DNA from: an uncultured Pelagibacteraceae bacterium
GTDB lineage: Bacteria > Pseudomonadota > Alphaproteobacteria > Pelagibacterales > Pelagibacteraceae
Direction: 5' to 3'
NCBI GenBank assembly: GCA_902564565.1
Contig: CACFBW010000005.1
Coordinates: 3,424-67,423 of the forward strand
DNA: 64,000 nucleotides
The notes beneath the pieces were generated by a model that was given only the letters and a program-made list of their open reading frames with translations, made no database searches and was not told the origin of the DNA. Both the position numbers and the translations under genes were made by a program. Position 1 is the first letter of the stretch. Each line of letters begins with the position of its first letter. Of the stretch, positions 38,882 through 51,703 are shown in pieces.

Positions 38882-39633
38882 AAAAACAACTAAGCAAAAG
38901 TTATATAGAAAGGTTTTCAAGACAAATAATTTTAAAAAATGTAGGCGTTTTAGGGCAAAAAAAAATTTTATCCTCAAAAGTTTTAATTGTTGGGGTTGGA
39001 GGTCTTGGTTGTCCTGCAGCTGAATTTTTAACTAGAGCAGGTGTTGGTAACATAGGAATTATAGATAATGATAAAATTGCTTTATCAAACATACATAGAC
39101 AAAGTTTGTACTCATCATCAGAAGTTGGAAAATCAAAAGTTGCTGTAGTTAAAAAAAAATTAAATTTAATTAATCAAAATACAATAATAAAATCATACAA
39201 ATTGAGATTAAATAAAATTAATATTAAAAAAATTGCCAAAAATTACAGTTATATAGTTGATGGATCAGATAACTTTAAAACAAAATTTTTATTAAATGAT
39301 TATTGTTTAAAAAATAAAAAAATCCTTATAAGTGGAGCTATTAGTAAATTTGATGGACATATTTTTACATTCAATTTTAAGAATAAGAAAATTCCATGCT
39401 TAAGATGCTTCTATCAGGAAAATAAAATTTCAGATGATTTATTAAACTGTGAAGCTGAAGGAATTTTGGGAACTGTAGCCAGCACAATTGGAAGTTTACA
39501 AGCAAATGAAGTTCTGAAAAAAATTTTAAATCTTAATGGTAATATTGATGGATTTATTTTAATTGTTGATATGCTCAACATGAATTTTAGAAAAGCTAAA
39601 ATTAAAAAAAGAAAGGAATGCATTTGCAAATAA
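38878..39633 (+). CDS. ThiF/MoeB family adenylyltransferase
   Basis: RFSRQI, GVGGLG, SNIHRQ, DGSDN and CLRC. Confidence 0.92.
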   Translation: MKKQLSKSYIERFSRQIILKNVGVLGQKKILSSKVLIVGVGGLGCPAAEFLTRAGVGNIGIIDNDKIALSNIHRQSLYSSSEVGKSKVAVVKKKLNLINQNTIIKSYKLRLNKINIKKIAKNYSYIVDGSDNFKTKFLLNDYCLKNKKILISGAISKFDGHIFTFNFKNKKIPCLRCFYQENKISDDLLNCEAEGILGTVASTIGSLQANEVLKKILNLNGNIDGFILIVDMLNMNFRKAKIKKRKECICK

Positions 39634-40079
39634 TTAAAAAATTATTCTTTTTTTCATTATTTTGTTTAATGCTTTTTGGCATAAATGCAAACTCACAAGA
39701 AAAATTTTTATCTTTAAAAAAAAACAAAGTTAATGTCAGGTACGGCCCTGGATTTGATTATGAAGTAAAATATATTTATAGAAAAATAAATTTACCAGTT
39801 AAACTTATTGATAAAAAAGAAAATTTTAGAAAAATAATTGATTTAAAAAAAAATAGTGGTTGGATTCATTGGACGCTGTTAAAATCATCAAATTCTATTA
39901 TTATTCTTGAAGATAAAATTTTATTTAAAAAACCCTCAAATTTTTCTAAACCCATCGCAAGATTAGAAAAAGGCAGATTGCTAGTGGTAAAAAAATGTAA
40001 AAAAAATTGGTGTAAAGTCAAAGCTGCAAATTATACCGGTTGGCTTGAAACAAATAACATTTGGGGCAAAGTACACTAA
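39618..40079 (+). CDS. Secreted tandem bacterial SH3-domain protein
   Basis: Signal peptide; VNVRYGPG, GWIH and WCKV...GW repeats. Confidence 0.85.
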   Translation: MHLQIIKKLFFFSLFCLMLFGINANSQEKFLSLKKNKVNVRYGPGFDYEVKYIYRKINLPVKLIDKKENFRKIIDLKKNSGWIHWTLLKSSNSIIILEDKILFKKPSNFSKPIARLEKGRLLVVKKCKKNWCKVKAANYTGWLETNNIWGKVH

Positions 40080-40099
40080 AAATACTAAGCTAAAATGAA

Positions 40100-40276
40100 T
40101 TATCGACTAATACAAATATCTTTAATTACTGGTACATTTGCACAGTCAGAACATTTTGTTGTTTGAACTATACAACCATCATCAAGAACTTTTATATCAA
40201 CTACTCTATCGCATTTTGAGCAAGTCGATGAAATTGATAATCCGCATTTTTTACAATTATAAATTTGTGTATCCAT
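40100..40276 (-). CDS. 58-aa Cys-rich putative metal-binding microprotein
   Basis: Manual translation MDTQIYNCKKCGLSISSTCSKCDRVVDIKVLDDGCIVQTTKCSDCANVPVIKDICISR; three CxxC plus two more Cys; fills an otherwise empty gap. Confidence 0.75.
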   Translation of the reverse strand: MDTQIYNCKKCGLSISSTCSKCDRVVDIKVLDDGCIVQTTKCSDCANVPVIKDICISR

Positions 40277-40324
40277 AAATTTATATTTAAGAAATTAAAA
40301 ACTTATTTCAAGAAGTTTAATCTT

Positions 40325-40366
40325 TAATAGTAATCATTCTCATTTTTAATAATAATCATTCTCACA
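40325..40366. promoter_or_regulatory. Tandem Fur-box-like sites
   Basis: Direct repeat TAAT(AG/AA)TAATCATTCTCA at 22-bp spacing; resembles the 7-1-7 TGATAAT-N-ATTATCA Fur consensus. Confidence 0.65.
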
Positions 40367-40412
40367 AAAAAACTTTGCCTTGTTTAATATTTATTTTAAG
40401 TTTTATATTTTT

Positions 40413-42666
<2,254 letters not shown>

Positions 42667-42701
42667 GTAGTGTCAATTATGAAAAAATATCCTTTATTAA
42701 T

Positions 42702-43118
42702 TTAATTATTGTTTTGAATTTTAATTAAAACTTCGACTGATTTAATTTTTTTTCCTGGTATTTTTTTTTTTAGTTTTATATTTCCTACATCTTCATTTTT
42801 TAGATCTATAAGTTCATCGGTACTTTCATTAAAAAAATGATGGTGATTTGAAACATTAGTGTCAAAATAACTTTTATTTGAATTAATTGAAATTTCTTTC
42901 AAATAATTTCTATTTTTAAAAGCAGAAACAGTATTATAAATGGTTGCTAATGAAATTTTTTCATTTGATTTACTTTTAAGAATTTTAGCTAAGTCACTAA
43001 TTGTAAAATGAAATGTTTTCTTTCTATCATATAAAGCTTTACAAATTTCAATTCTTTGTCTTGTAGGTCTAAGGCCTGAAGACCTTAGTTTTTTTACAAA
43101 AGTGTCTTTATTTTCCAT
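42702..43118 (-). CDS. irr: Iron response regulator (Fur family)
   Basis: GLRPTRQR, SLATIYNT and FDTN..NHHHF; divergent from fabA as in alphaproteobacteria. Confidence 0.92.
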   Translation of the reverse strand: MENKDTFVKKLRSSGLRPTRQRIEICKALYDRKKTFHFTISDLAKILKSKSNEKISLATIYNTVSAFKNRNYLKEISINSNKSYFDTNVSNHHHFFNESTDELIDLKNEDVGNIKLKKKIPGKKIKSVEVLIKIQNNN

Positions 43119-43129
43119 TTTTTGCCTAA

Positions 43130-43146
43130 TTTATAACAATTATAAA
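43130..43146. promoter_or_regulatory. ICE-like palindrome upstream of irr (autoregulation)
   Basis: Perfect 7-3-7 palindrome TTTATAA-CAA-TTATAAA, 12 nt upstream of the irr ATG; AT-rich background lowers specificity. Confidence 0.55.
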
Positions 43147-43198
43147 GAATTTATATATTATAATTATTACAAATAAAGTATTAAGGTTTAAAAAAAAT

Positions 43199-43702
43199 AT
43201 GGAGAAAAAAACATCATATAGTTACGAAGAGTTAATTAGTTGTGGAAATGGGGAACTTTTTGGTCCTGGAAACGCAAAATTGCCTCTTCCTCCAATGCTG
43301 ATGTTTGATAGAATAACTGAAATTAAAGATAATTTAGGCGCTTTTAAAAAAGGTCTAATTAAAGCAGAGCTGGATGTTAAAGGTAATCTTTGGTTTTTTG
43401 ATTGTCACTTTAAAGAGGATCCAGTAATGCCAGGATGTTTGGGGCTAGATGCAATGTGGCAGCTAGTAGGATTTTATCTTGGCTGGCTTGGTAACCCAGG
43501 AAAGGGAAGGGCTTTGGGTGTTGGAACAGTAAAGTTTACTGGCGAAGTATTAAAAAATGTTAAAGTGGCTGAATATATAATTGATATGAAAAGAATTTTA
43601 ATAAAAGAAGGTACTACAGTAGGTTTGGCTAACGGAATTTTGTTAGCTGATGGAAAAAAAATTTATAGCACGGAAAATTTGAAAGTAGGACTATTTAAAT
43701 AA
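43199..43702 (+). CDS. fabA: 3-hydroxydecanoyl-ACP dehydratase/isomerase
   Basis: [12 protein letters not shown] and [17 protein letters not shown]. Confidence 0.97.
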   Translation: MEKKTSYSYEELISCGNGELFGPGNAKLPLPPMLMFDRITEIKDNLGAFKKGLIKAELDVKGNLWFFDCHFKEDPVMPGCLGLDAMWQLVGFYLGWLGNPGKGRALGVGTVKFTGEVLKNVKVAEYIIDMKRILIKEGTTVGLANGILLADGKKIYSTENLKVGLFK

Positions 43703-44913
43703 TGAAACGAGTAGTTGTTACAGGCTTAGGTGTTGTTTCTTGTTTAGGCAATAACCAAAAAGAAGTATTTGAATCATTAATAAATTCAAAATCTGGAATT
43801 TCATTTAGTGAAGAATACAAGGAATACAATTTAAAAAGTCATGTTCACGGCAAACCTAATATTAAACTTGAAGATCATGTAGATAGAAAATTTATAAGAT
43901 TTATGGGACCAGGATCAGCATATAATTATATTTCTATGGATGAAGCTGTTAAAGACTCTGGCTTAGAAGAAAAAGATGTAAGCAATATTTCAACTGGCAT
44001 GATTATGGGATCAGGAGGTCCGTCTATTGAAAATGTAATTTTAGCAGCTGATAAAACACGAGAAAAGAATCCAAAAAAAATGGGACCATTTGTTGTTCCA
44101 AGAACAATGTCAAGCACTGCATCAGCAACACTAGCAGTACCATTTAAAATTAAAGGTGTTAATTATACTATTAGTTCAGCGTGTGCTACTAGCGGTCATT
44201 GTATTGGAAATGCAATGGAACTAATACAACTTGGAAAACAAAATATTGTATTTGCTGGGGGTAGTGATGAAGTGCATTTTGCAATGACAGCTATGTTTGA
44301 TGCAATGACTGCATTATCATCAAAATATAATGACACTCCAGAAAAAGCTTCTAGGCCATATGATAAAACTAGAGATGGATTTGTAATATCAGGTGGTGGT
44401 GGTGTTTTGGTATTAGAAGAATACGAACATGCAAAAGCAAGAGGTGCAAAAATTTATGCTGAATTAACTGGCTATGGAGCAACTTCTGATGGCTATGATA
44501 TGGTAGCACCATCAGGTGAAGGAGCTGTAAGATGCATGAAAATGGCTTTAAGTACTAGCAAAAATAAGGTTGATTATATAAACACTCATGGAACTTCAAC
44601 TCCAGTGGGAGATATAACTGAACTTAAAGCAGTTGGAGAAGTATTTAAAGATAAAGTGCCAAAAATAAGTTCTACAAAATCTTTATCAGGTCACTCTTTA
44701 GGGGCTACTTCAGTTCATGAGGCGGTTTATAGTTTAATTATGATGAAAAATAATTTTATTTCAGCTTCTATAAACATAAATGACATGGATGATGAAGCAA
44801 AAAAATTTCCAATAGTTACAAAAGTTGAAAAAGATGTAACTTTAAATTCTATCATGTCTAATAGTTTTGGATTTGGAGGAACTAACGCAACTTTAGTTTT
44901 TGAAAAGGTTTAA
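43702..44913 (+). CDS. fabB: Beta-ketoacyl-ACP synthase I
   Basis: SSACATS, HGTST, GHSLGA and NSFGFGGTN. Confidence 0.96.
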   Translation: MKRVVVTGLGVVSCLGNNQKEVFESLINSKSGISFSEEYKEYNLKSHVHGKPNIKLEDHVDRKFIRFMGPGSAYNYISMDEAVKDSGLEEKDVSNISTGMIMGSGGPSIENVILAADKTREKNPKKMGPFVVPRTMSSTASATLAVPFKIKGVNYTISSACATSGHCIGNAMELIQLGKQNIVFAGGSDEVHFAMTAMFDAMTALSSKYNDTPEKASRPYDKTRDGFVISGGGGVLVLEEYEHAKARGAKIYAELTGYGATSDGYDMVAPSGEGAVRCMKMALSTSKNKVDYINTHGTSTPVGDITELKAVGEVFKDKVPKISSTKSLSGHSLGATSVHEAVYSLIMMKNNFISASININDMDDEAKKFPIVTKVEKDVTLNSIMSNSFGFGGTNATLVFEKV

Positions 44914-44916
44914 TTG

Positions 44917-45702
44917 ATGAGTTTAATGAAAAGTAAAAAAGGATTAATCATGGGCGTTGCCAACGAAAGATCCATCGCCTGGGGTATTTCTCAAAAATTA
45001 GCTGAGGCTGGAGCAGAATTAGCATTTACTTATCTAGGTGATGCATTAAAAAAAAGAGTTATCCCTCTTGCAGAAAAATTAAATTCAAAAGTTACATTTA
45101 GCTGTGATGTTGAAAAAAAAGAAGAAGTAACAAAACTTTTTAAAGATATAAAATCACAATGGGGTCAAATCGATTTTGTTGTTCATGCAGTTGCATTTTC
45201 AGATAAATCTGAATTATCAGGTGAATATTTAAATACTACTAGAGAAAATTTTTTAAGAAGCATGTTAATTTCATGCTTTTCATTTACTGAGGTTGCAAAA
45301 GAAGCCTCTAAAATTATGAATAAAGGTGGAAGTATGCTTACTTTAACTTACGAATCTAATAAAGCTATTCCAAATTATAATGTAATGGGTGTTTGTAAAT
45401 CCGCTCTTGAAGCAAGTGTTAAATACCTAGCGAGAGATTTAGGTGCAAAAGGAATTAGAGTAAATGCAATAAGTGCGGGACCAATTAAAACTCTAGCTGC
45501 ATCTGCGATTGGTGATGCAAAATTTCTTTATAAATGGAATGAAGACCATTCTTTTTTAAAGAGAAACGTAGACATCCATGATGTTGGAAACTCAGCTTTA
45601 TACCTATTAAGTGATCTTGGCGGCGGTGTTACTGGTGAAATTCACTATGTAGATGCTGGATATAATAAAGTAGGGATGCCAGATCCTAAAAACATTACTT
45701 AA
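44917..45702 (+). CDS. fabI: Enoyl-ACP reductase
   Basis: GVANERSIAWGI, YNVMGVCK and AGPIKTLA. Confidence 0.96.
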   Translation: MSLMKSKKGLIMGVANERSIAWGISQKLAEAGAELAFTYLGDALKKRVIPLAEKLNSKVTFSCDVEKKEEVTKLFKDIKSQWGQIDFVVHAVAFSDKSELSGEYLNTTRENFLRSMLISCFSFTEVAKEASKIMNKGGSMLTLTYESNKAIPNYNVMGVCKSALEASVKYLARDLGAKGIRVNAISAGPIKTLAASAIGDAKFLYKWNEDHSFLKRNVDIHDVGNSALYLLSDLGGGVTGEIHYVDAGYNKVGMPDPKNIT

Positions 45703-45706
45703 TATT

Positions 45707-45820
45707 GTGTCAAAAAGATATAGCGGTAAATCATTTAAAGACTCGAGTGTGATGAAAAAATCTAAACTTTCTTTTAAAGAAAAAAGAAAACTTAAAAGAG
45801 AAAAGAAGAAGAACAAATAA
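45707..45820 (+). CDS. Putative 37-aa basic microprotein
   Basis: GTG start 5 nt after the fabI stop: MSKRYSGKSFKDSSVMKKSKLSFKEKRKLKREKKKNK*. Confidence 0.5.
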   Translation: MSKRYSGKSFKDSSVMKKSKLSFKEKRKLKREKKKNK

Positions 45821-45856
45821 AAGGGCTTTCTGTTGTCAGGCGCCCTGTACTCCATT
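45821..45856 (-). other. GC-rich structured element (candidate ncRNA end/terminator)
   Basis: Minus strand AGGGC-GC-CTG-ACAA-CAG-AAA-GCCCT followed by TTT. Confidence 0.45.
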
Positions 45857-45948
45857 GAGATTATATTTTTTTTTCCTCTTTTTTAATAATGGATTATGTC
45901 TTATTTTTAAACCTTCTATTTAAAAAATATATATGATAAGTTTTAAGG

Positions 45949-46764
45949 ATGTTTTCTTCCTTTTCACAAAAATATTTAAAAAAAAAAAATAAATTAATTT
46001 ATAAAAAATATAAGAAAAAGCCGAATTATAAAGATTATTTAAATTTATTAAAAAAAGGAATAGTTCCCAGAGCTTATTATGGTTTAAGTTTATTAATGGC
46101 TGCTAGACAAGCAAAAGATCTAGGTTTCAAAAAAATAAAAGTTTTTGAGCTTGGATGCGATAATTTAGATGGATTAGTCGATATTGAAAATTACGTGAAT
46201 GATATAAAGAATTTTTTAGACATTGATTTTGAAATTTTTGGGTTTACTTTAAAAGGTGGTTTACCAAAATATAAAGAAAATAAATTTGATCGATTATACA
46301 GGTTTCGAGCCGGACAATATAAATTAAGAAATAATTACAATTTAAATAAACTTAAATATTCTAAAATTATTTATGGTGATATAAAAAATACAATTCCTAA
46401 ATTTATAAAAAAATATAAAAAGTCTTTTACTAATTCTCCTATTGGTTTGGTTATTTTCGATTTAGATTATTATAGTTCAACAAGATTTGGTTTAAATTTG
46501 TTAAAATTAACTTCAATTAACTATCTTCCAAGAACTTACGTTTACTTTGACGACCATTCTTTTTCAGCATTTGATGAAGGTGAAAGAAGGGCAATAAATG
46601 AATTTAATAAGAATTCAAAATTCAAAATTTCAGATATTGGAGAATTGGCTGAACAGTTATCTACATTTTTTGATAAATGGATTTATTTAGGAAAAAGAAT
46701 AAAAGTAATAAATTATTACAAACATCCTAAATTTAATAAAAGTGTTGAACAAATATTAGGTTAA
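45949..46764 (+). CDS. Hypothetical protein, probable TylF/MycF-like SAM-dependent methyltransferase fold
   Basis: FELG, FGF...GLP, DLDYYSST, YFDD and GE..AI.EF pattern; very AT-rich. Confidence 0.55.
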   Translation: MFSSFSQKYLKKKNKLIYKKYKKKPNYKDYLNLLKKGIVPRAYYGLSLLMAARQAKDLGFKKIKVFELGCDNLDGLVDIENYVNDIKNFLDIDFEIFGFTLKGGLPKYKENKFDRLYRFRAGQYKLRNNYNLNKLKYSKIIYGDIKNTIPKFIKKYKKSFTNSPIGLVIFDLDYYSSTRFGLNLLKLTSINYLPRTYVYFDDHSFSAFDEGERRAINEFNKNSKFKISDIGELAEQLSTFFDKWIYLGKRIKVINYYKHPKFNKSVEQILG

Positions 46765-46782
46765 AAACTTAAAGTATATTAA

Positions 46783-48852
46783 TTAAACAGCTGCTTTTAT
46801 TGATAGTTTTACTTTTCCTCTATCAAAACCAATAACTTTAACCTTAACTGCATCACCTTCTTTTACAACATCGGTAACCTTGGCAACTCTTTTATTGGCA
46901 AGTTCTGATATATGAACTAGACCATCTTGTTTTCCAAGAAAGTTAACAAATGCCCCAAATTCCATAATCTTTATAACTTTTCCATTATAAATTTTATTCA
47001 TTTCGGCTTTTGCTGTTAAATCTTTAATAATTTGTAAAGCTATATTTCTAGATTCTTCATCTGGTGCAGCGACTGTTACGACTCCTTCATCGTTGACATC
47101 TACTTTAGCTCCAGATTTTTCAACTATCTCTCTTATAGTTGCGCCACCTTTTCCAATTACAGTAGCAATATCTTTCTTATCAACAGTTATTTTTTCCATT
47201 TTTGGAGTGTGTTTACCAACACCTGCTCTTGATTTATCTAATGCTTTATTCATTTCGCCTAAGATGTGAATTCTTCCATCTTTAGCTTGTTTTAAAGCTT
47301 GCTCCATTATCTCAAATGTAATTCCGGTGATTTTAATATCCATCTGAAGTGATGTAATACCATCTTTAGTACCAGCAACTTTAAAGTCCATATCGCCTAG
47401 ATGGTCTTCATCTCCAAGAATGTCAGACAATACACTAAAGTCATCACCTTCTTTAATTAGGCCCATAGCGATACCAGCAACTGGTTCTTTTATTGGAACG
47501 CCAGCATCCATTAGCGATAATGAAGTTCCACAAACTGTTGCCATTGAAGATGAACCATTTGATTCTGTAATGTCTGATACTATTCTAAATGTATAAGGAA
47601 AACTTTCTTTTGATGGTAAAGACGATTTAATTGCTCTCCATGCAAGTTTTCCATGTCCAATCTCTCTTCTTCCCGTTCCAATTCTTCCTGTCTCACCGAC
47701 TGAAAATGGCGGAAAATTATAATGAAGCATAAACCTTTCTCTTTGTAAACCTTCTAAGCTTTCAATTCTCTGTTCATCATCAGAAGTTCCAAGTGTAGTT
47801 GTTACAATTGCTTGTGTTTCACCTCTTGTAAACAATGCTGAACCATGAGTTCTCGGCAAGATCCCAACTTCACACATAATTTTCCTTACATCTGCAAGTC
47901 CTCTTCCATCAATACGTTTTTTATTTTTTAAAATATCAGTTCTAACAATTCCTTTTTCTAAATTTTTAAGTTCATGATTAACGTCTAAATCTGTGTAATT
48001 TTCATTTTCTTCAAATAATTTTTTTGCTTTATCTGTTATTTCAGAAATAAGATTTGATCTTTCCTGTTTGTCTCTAATTGAAAAAGCTTTGGTTAAATCG
48101 GTCTTAAATTCTTTTTCAAGTTTCTTCTTAACTTCTGAAAGATCTTTTTTCTCTACAACCCAGTCAGGTTTTTTACATTCTTTTGCAAGTTCTTCAATCA
48201 TAGTAATTATTGGAACAAAATTTTCATGACCAAATTTAACTGCTTTAAGCATTTCTTCCTCGGTTAAACCATTTGCCTCTGACTCAACCATTAAGACTGC
48301 ATCTTTTGTTCCTGCAACTATAAGGTCCAATTTTGAATTTTCTAATTCTTTTTTTGTAGGATTCAGTACATATTTTCCATCAATAAAGCCCACTCTAGAT
48401 GCGCCTACGGGTCCCATAAACGGCATTCCTGATATAGCTAAGGCTGCTGATGATGCTATTATTGAAAGTACGTCTGGTTCATTTTCTTTATCGTAAGAAA
48501 TTACTGTTGGTAATAACTGAACTTCATTTCTAAATTCGTCAGGAAATAAAGGTCTAATAGGTCTATCTATTAATCTTGAAATTAAAGTCTCGCTTTCAGT
48601 TGGCCTTGCTTCTCTTTTAAAATATCCACCTGGAATTTTACCGGCGGCATAATATTTTTCCTGATAATTTACTGATAAAGGAAAATAATCCACATCTGGA
48701 TTAACTTTTTTTGCACCAACAACAGTTGCCATTACAACAGTTTCTCCGCATTGAGCAATTATTGCTCCGTCCGCCTGTCTTGCTATTTTGCCTGTCTCTA
48801 ATGTAATTTTTCTTCCACCTATTTCTACTTCTTTTTTAAATACTTTAAACAT
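46783..48852 (-). CDS. pnp: Polyribonucleotide nucleotidyltransferase
   Basis: [18 protein letters not shown] and [12 protein letters not shown]; KH and S1 domains. Confidence 0.98.
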   Translation of the reverse strand: MFKVFKKEVEIGGRKITLETGKIARQADGAIIAQCGETVVMATVVGAKKVNPDVDYFPLSVNYQEKYYAAGKIPGGYFKREARPTESETLISRLIDRPIRPLFPDEFRNEVQLLPTVISYDKENEPDVLSIIASSAALAISGMPFMGPVGASRVGFIDGKYVLNPTKKELENSKLDLIVAGTKDAVLMVESEANGLTEEEMLKAVKFGHENFVPIITMIEELAKECKKPDWVVEKKDLSEVKKKLEKEFKTDLTKAFSIRDKQERSNLISEITDKAKKLFEENENYTDLDVNHELKNLEKGIVRTDILKNKKRIDGRGLADVRKIMCEVGILPRTHGSALFTRGETQAIVTTTLGTSDDEQRIESLEGLQRERFMLHYNFPPFSVGETGRIGTGRREIGHGKLAWRAIKSSLPSKESFPYTFRIVSDITESNGSSSMATVCGTSLSLMDAGVPIKEPVAGIAMGLIKEGDDFSVLSDILGDEDHLGDMDFKVAGTKDGITSLQMDIKITGITFEIMEQALKQAKDGRIHILGEMNKALDKSRAGVGKHTPKMEKITVDKKDIATVIGKGGATIREIVEKSGAKVDVNDEGVVTVAAPDEESRNIALQIIKDLTAKAEMNKIYNGKVIKIMEFGAFVNFLGKQDGLVHISELANKRVAKVTDVVKEGDAVKVKVIGFDRGKVKLSIKAAV

Positions 48853-49101
48853 TTACTTCCTTAAATTTAATTTAGTTAACACATTTTTATATGAGTCAAT
48901 TTTATATTTTTTTAAATAATCTAATAACTTTTTTCTTCTATTTACAGCTTTCAATAAACCTACAGATGAATGTTTGTCCTTTTTAAACTGTTTTACATGT
49001 TTTGAAAGAGAATCTATTTTTTCAGTGAGTAATGCAATTTGTACCTCTGAAGATCCTGTGTCTTTTTCATGTGTAGCTAGATCTTTTGCTTTTTTTATCA
49101 T
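48853..49101 (-). CDS. rpsO: 30S ribosomal protein S15
   Basis: DTGSSEVQIA, KDKHS..GL and LNLRK. Confidence 0.95.
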   Translation of the reverse strand: MIKKAKDLATHEKDTGSSEVQIALLTEKIDSLSKHVKQFKKDKHSSVGLLKAVNRRKKLLDYLKKYKIDSYKNVLTKLNLRK

Positions 49102-49109
49102 TTTTTTTC

Positions 49110-49478
49110 CTATTTATTTGTTTGTTTAATTAAATTTTCAATTTTCTCTGCATATTCAAATGAATCATCCTTTGCAAAAAGAATCTTTGGTAAAAACTTC
49201 ATTATAATTTTTTTTGATAAAGTCTTTCTAATTAAAAATGAATATTTTTTTAATTTTTCTACTGCCTCTTCAGCATTTTTTCCTCCTAAAGGCAAGACAT
49301 ATGCCTTGGCTACTTTAAGGTCTTGGCTCATCTTAACTTCTGTTACAGTGATTGTATTAGTTTCTAATTCCGGAACTTTAGCCTCATTTCTTGCAAATAT
49401 CATGCCTAGTGACTGCTTAATCATCTCTCCTACACGTAATTGTCTCTGCGACACTGGTTTTCCTAATTTATTATTCAT
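49110..49478 (-). CDS. rbfA: Ribosome-binding factor A
   Basis: SQRQLRVGE and VTEVKMSQDL. Confidence 0.95.
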   Translation of the reverse strand: MNNKLGKPVSQRQLRVGEMIKQSLGMIFARNEAKVPELETNTITVTEVKMSQDLKVAKAYVLPLGGKNAEEAVEKLKKYSFLIRKTLSKKIIMKFLPKILFAKDDSFEYAEKIENLIKQTNK

Positions 49479-49479
49479 C

Positions 49480-51693
49480 TTATATCACTCTCTCAGTTGA
49501 AGTGGAGTTAAATACCTCAATTATATCTTTTTTTTGATAATCATTAAAATCTTTTAAAGTTATACCACATTCTTGTCCTGTGCTTACTTGTTTGGCTTGA
49601 TTTTTCTCTCTAAAAATTGAGTTAATTTTGCCAGTATATACTATAGTGCCATCTCTAATTAATCTTGCGCTTGAAGTATTTAGAATTTCTCCTTCCATAA
49701 CTTTAGATCCAGCTACTTTTCCAACGTTTGATACTTTAAATATCTCTAAAACTTCTGCAGATCCAATAATATTTTCTTTTACATCTGGGGACAGCAAGCC
49801 TGACATTCTTTTTTTAATATAATCTAAAACTTCATAAATTATATTGTAGTGAGAAATTAATATTTTTTCTTTTTCAGCTAATTTTTTTGCCTCTTTGCTG
49901 GGTTTTACATTAAAAGCAATAAGCACAGCATTTGACGCTTTTGCAAGCGTTACATCTGTTTCGGTAACCATTCCAATATCTGATAAAATAATTTTTGGTT
50001 TTACTTCTTCATGAATTATTTGGTTAATTGCTCCTTTAATAGCTTCAGAAGATCCGTGTACATCTGATTTGACTATAATGTTTAGCTCTTCAGTAATTTT
50101 ATCTTTAAATGCGGACTCTTGAGTCGCAAATGTTAGTGGATTTTTTCCATCTTTTGACTCATAAACTCTAGTCTCAAATAATGTCTTTGCTTCCTTCTCT
50201 GTATTTAACACAACAAAATCATCTCCGGATTTTGCTGCTCCATTTATTCCCAAAATTTCAACTGGTGTAGAAGGGAATGCTTCTTCTAATTGTTTACCTT
50301 TATCATCTATTATAGCTCTAGATTTTCCCCATCTTAAGCCGCTTACAAAAAAATCACCTTTCTTCAAAGTTCCCGATGTAATGATAACTGTCGCAACAGG
50401 CCCTCTTCCAATATCAATTTTAGACTCTAAAACAACGCCTGTGGCTTTTGACTCAAAATTAGTTTTTAAATCTAAAATCTCTGATTGCAAAAGAATTGCT
50501 TCTACTAGCTTGTCTAAGTTTTTTTTAGTTTTAGCAGATATTTCAATCATTAAAGTTTCTCCCGAAAGCTCTTCGGCTATAAGCTCATATTCCAATAACT
50601 GATTTTTAATTTTTTGTGGATCTGCTTCGGGTAAATCACATTTATTTATAGCTACAACTATAGGTACTTTTGCAGCTTTAGCATGCTTAATTGACTCTAT
50701 TGTTTGGGGCTTAACACCGTCATCAGCGGCCACAACTAAAACAACTATATCTGTTAATTTTGAACCTCTTGCTCTCATTTCTGTAAATGCCGCATGGCCA
50801 GGAGTGTCTATAAAAGTAATCTTATTTTTATTATGTTCAATTTGATAAGCACCAATATGTTGTGTAATTCCACCAAACTCACCTGATACCACATTTGCGC
50901 TTCTTAGGACGTCTAAAACTGATGTTTTTCCATGATCTACATGACCCATAACTGTAACTATAGCTGGTCTATTTTTTAAATTTTCAAATTTATCATCTTT
51001 TATTTTTTTAATTATTTCTTCTGCCTTGGCTTCTCTTATTGGGTTGTGACCAAATTCTTTAACCAAATATTCAGCTGTATCTGCGGCTAATGTCTGATTG
51101 ATTGTTACAGTGACTCCCATGCCTAATAAATATTTTATAACACTGCTTGATTGTTCTGCCATTCTATTTGCTAGCTCTCTAACTGTTATTGCCTCTGGAA
51201 TATTAACATCCCTTTTTACTGGTTTATAATTTTCTTGTTTTTCATCTTTTTTAAGATCTCTATTTTCTTTTTGTTTTGCTCTCTTTAAAGAAGCTAAACT
51301 TCTTGCTCTAGTATCCATTTTATCACTTAACGCCCTAGATACTGTTAGTTTTTGTTCTCTTTTTTTTAATCCAGCTCTTCCTTTAATGTCCTTATAATTT
51401 GTTTCACCTTTTATTCTTCTTGTAGCCCTTTGTTCAGCAAGTTTACGTTTTTCAAAGTCATTAGATTGAGATAATGGAATTGAATTTTTTGAAAAATTTT
51501 GAGGTTTAGCAGGGATAAATGGTTTATTTTTTAATCTTTGACTTCCAGAAGACCTGGGGAATGAACTTTTACCAAAGAATTTATTTTTTTTTTCAATTAC
51601 TACTGAATTTTTACCTTGAGTTTTTGCTAATTCAATATTTTCTATAGATTTTTTTGCTATACCAGAAATTGTTAATTTTGTTTTTTTTACCAT
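49480..51693 (-). CDS. infB: Translation initiation factor IF-2
   Basis: [16 protein letters not shown] and NKCD. Confidence 0.98.
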   Translation of the reverse strand: MVKKTKLTISGIAKKSIENIELAKTQGKNSVVIEKKNKFFGKSSFPRSSGSQRLKNKPFIPAKPQNFSKNSIPLSQSNDFEKRKLAEQRATRRIKGETNYKDIKGRAGLKKREQKLTVSRALSDKMDTRARSLASLKRAKQKENRDLKKDEKQENYKPVKRDVNIPEAITVRELANRMAEQSSSVIKYLLGMGVTVTINQTLAADTAEYLVKEFGHNPIREAKAEEIIKKIKDDKFENLKNRPAIVTVMGHVDHGKTSVLDVLRSANVVSGEFGGITQHIGAYQIEHNKNKITFIDTPGHAAFTEMRARGSKLTDIVVLVVAADDGVKPQTIESIKHAKAAKVPIVVAINKCDLPEADPQKIKNQLLEYELIAEELSGETLMIEISAKTKKNLDKLVEAILLQSEILDLKTNFESKATGVVLESKIDIGRGPVATVIITSGTLKKGDFFVSGLRWGKSRAIIDDKGKQLEEAFPSTPVEILGINGAAKSGDDFVVLNTEKEAKTLFETRVYESKDGKNPLTFATQESAFKDKITEELNIIVKSDVHGSSEAIKGAINQIIHEEVKPKIILSDIGMVTETDVTLAKASNAVLIAFNVKPSKEAKKLAEKEKILISHYNIIYEVLDYIKKRMSGLLSPDVKENIIGSAEVLEIFKVSNVGKVAGSKVMEGEILNTSSARLIRDGTIVYTGKINSIFREKNQAKQVSTGQECGITLKDFNDYQKKDIIEVFNSTSTERVI

Positions 51694-51703
51694 ATTTCAT
51701 CAC

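Noticed and set aside
45607-45855. 82-aa minus-strand ORF MEYRAPDNRK...
   Set aside because: Overlaps fabI antisense; its F/L-rich composition is the mirror image of the Lys-rich plus-strand ORF.
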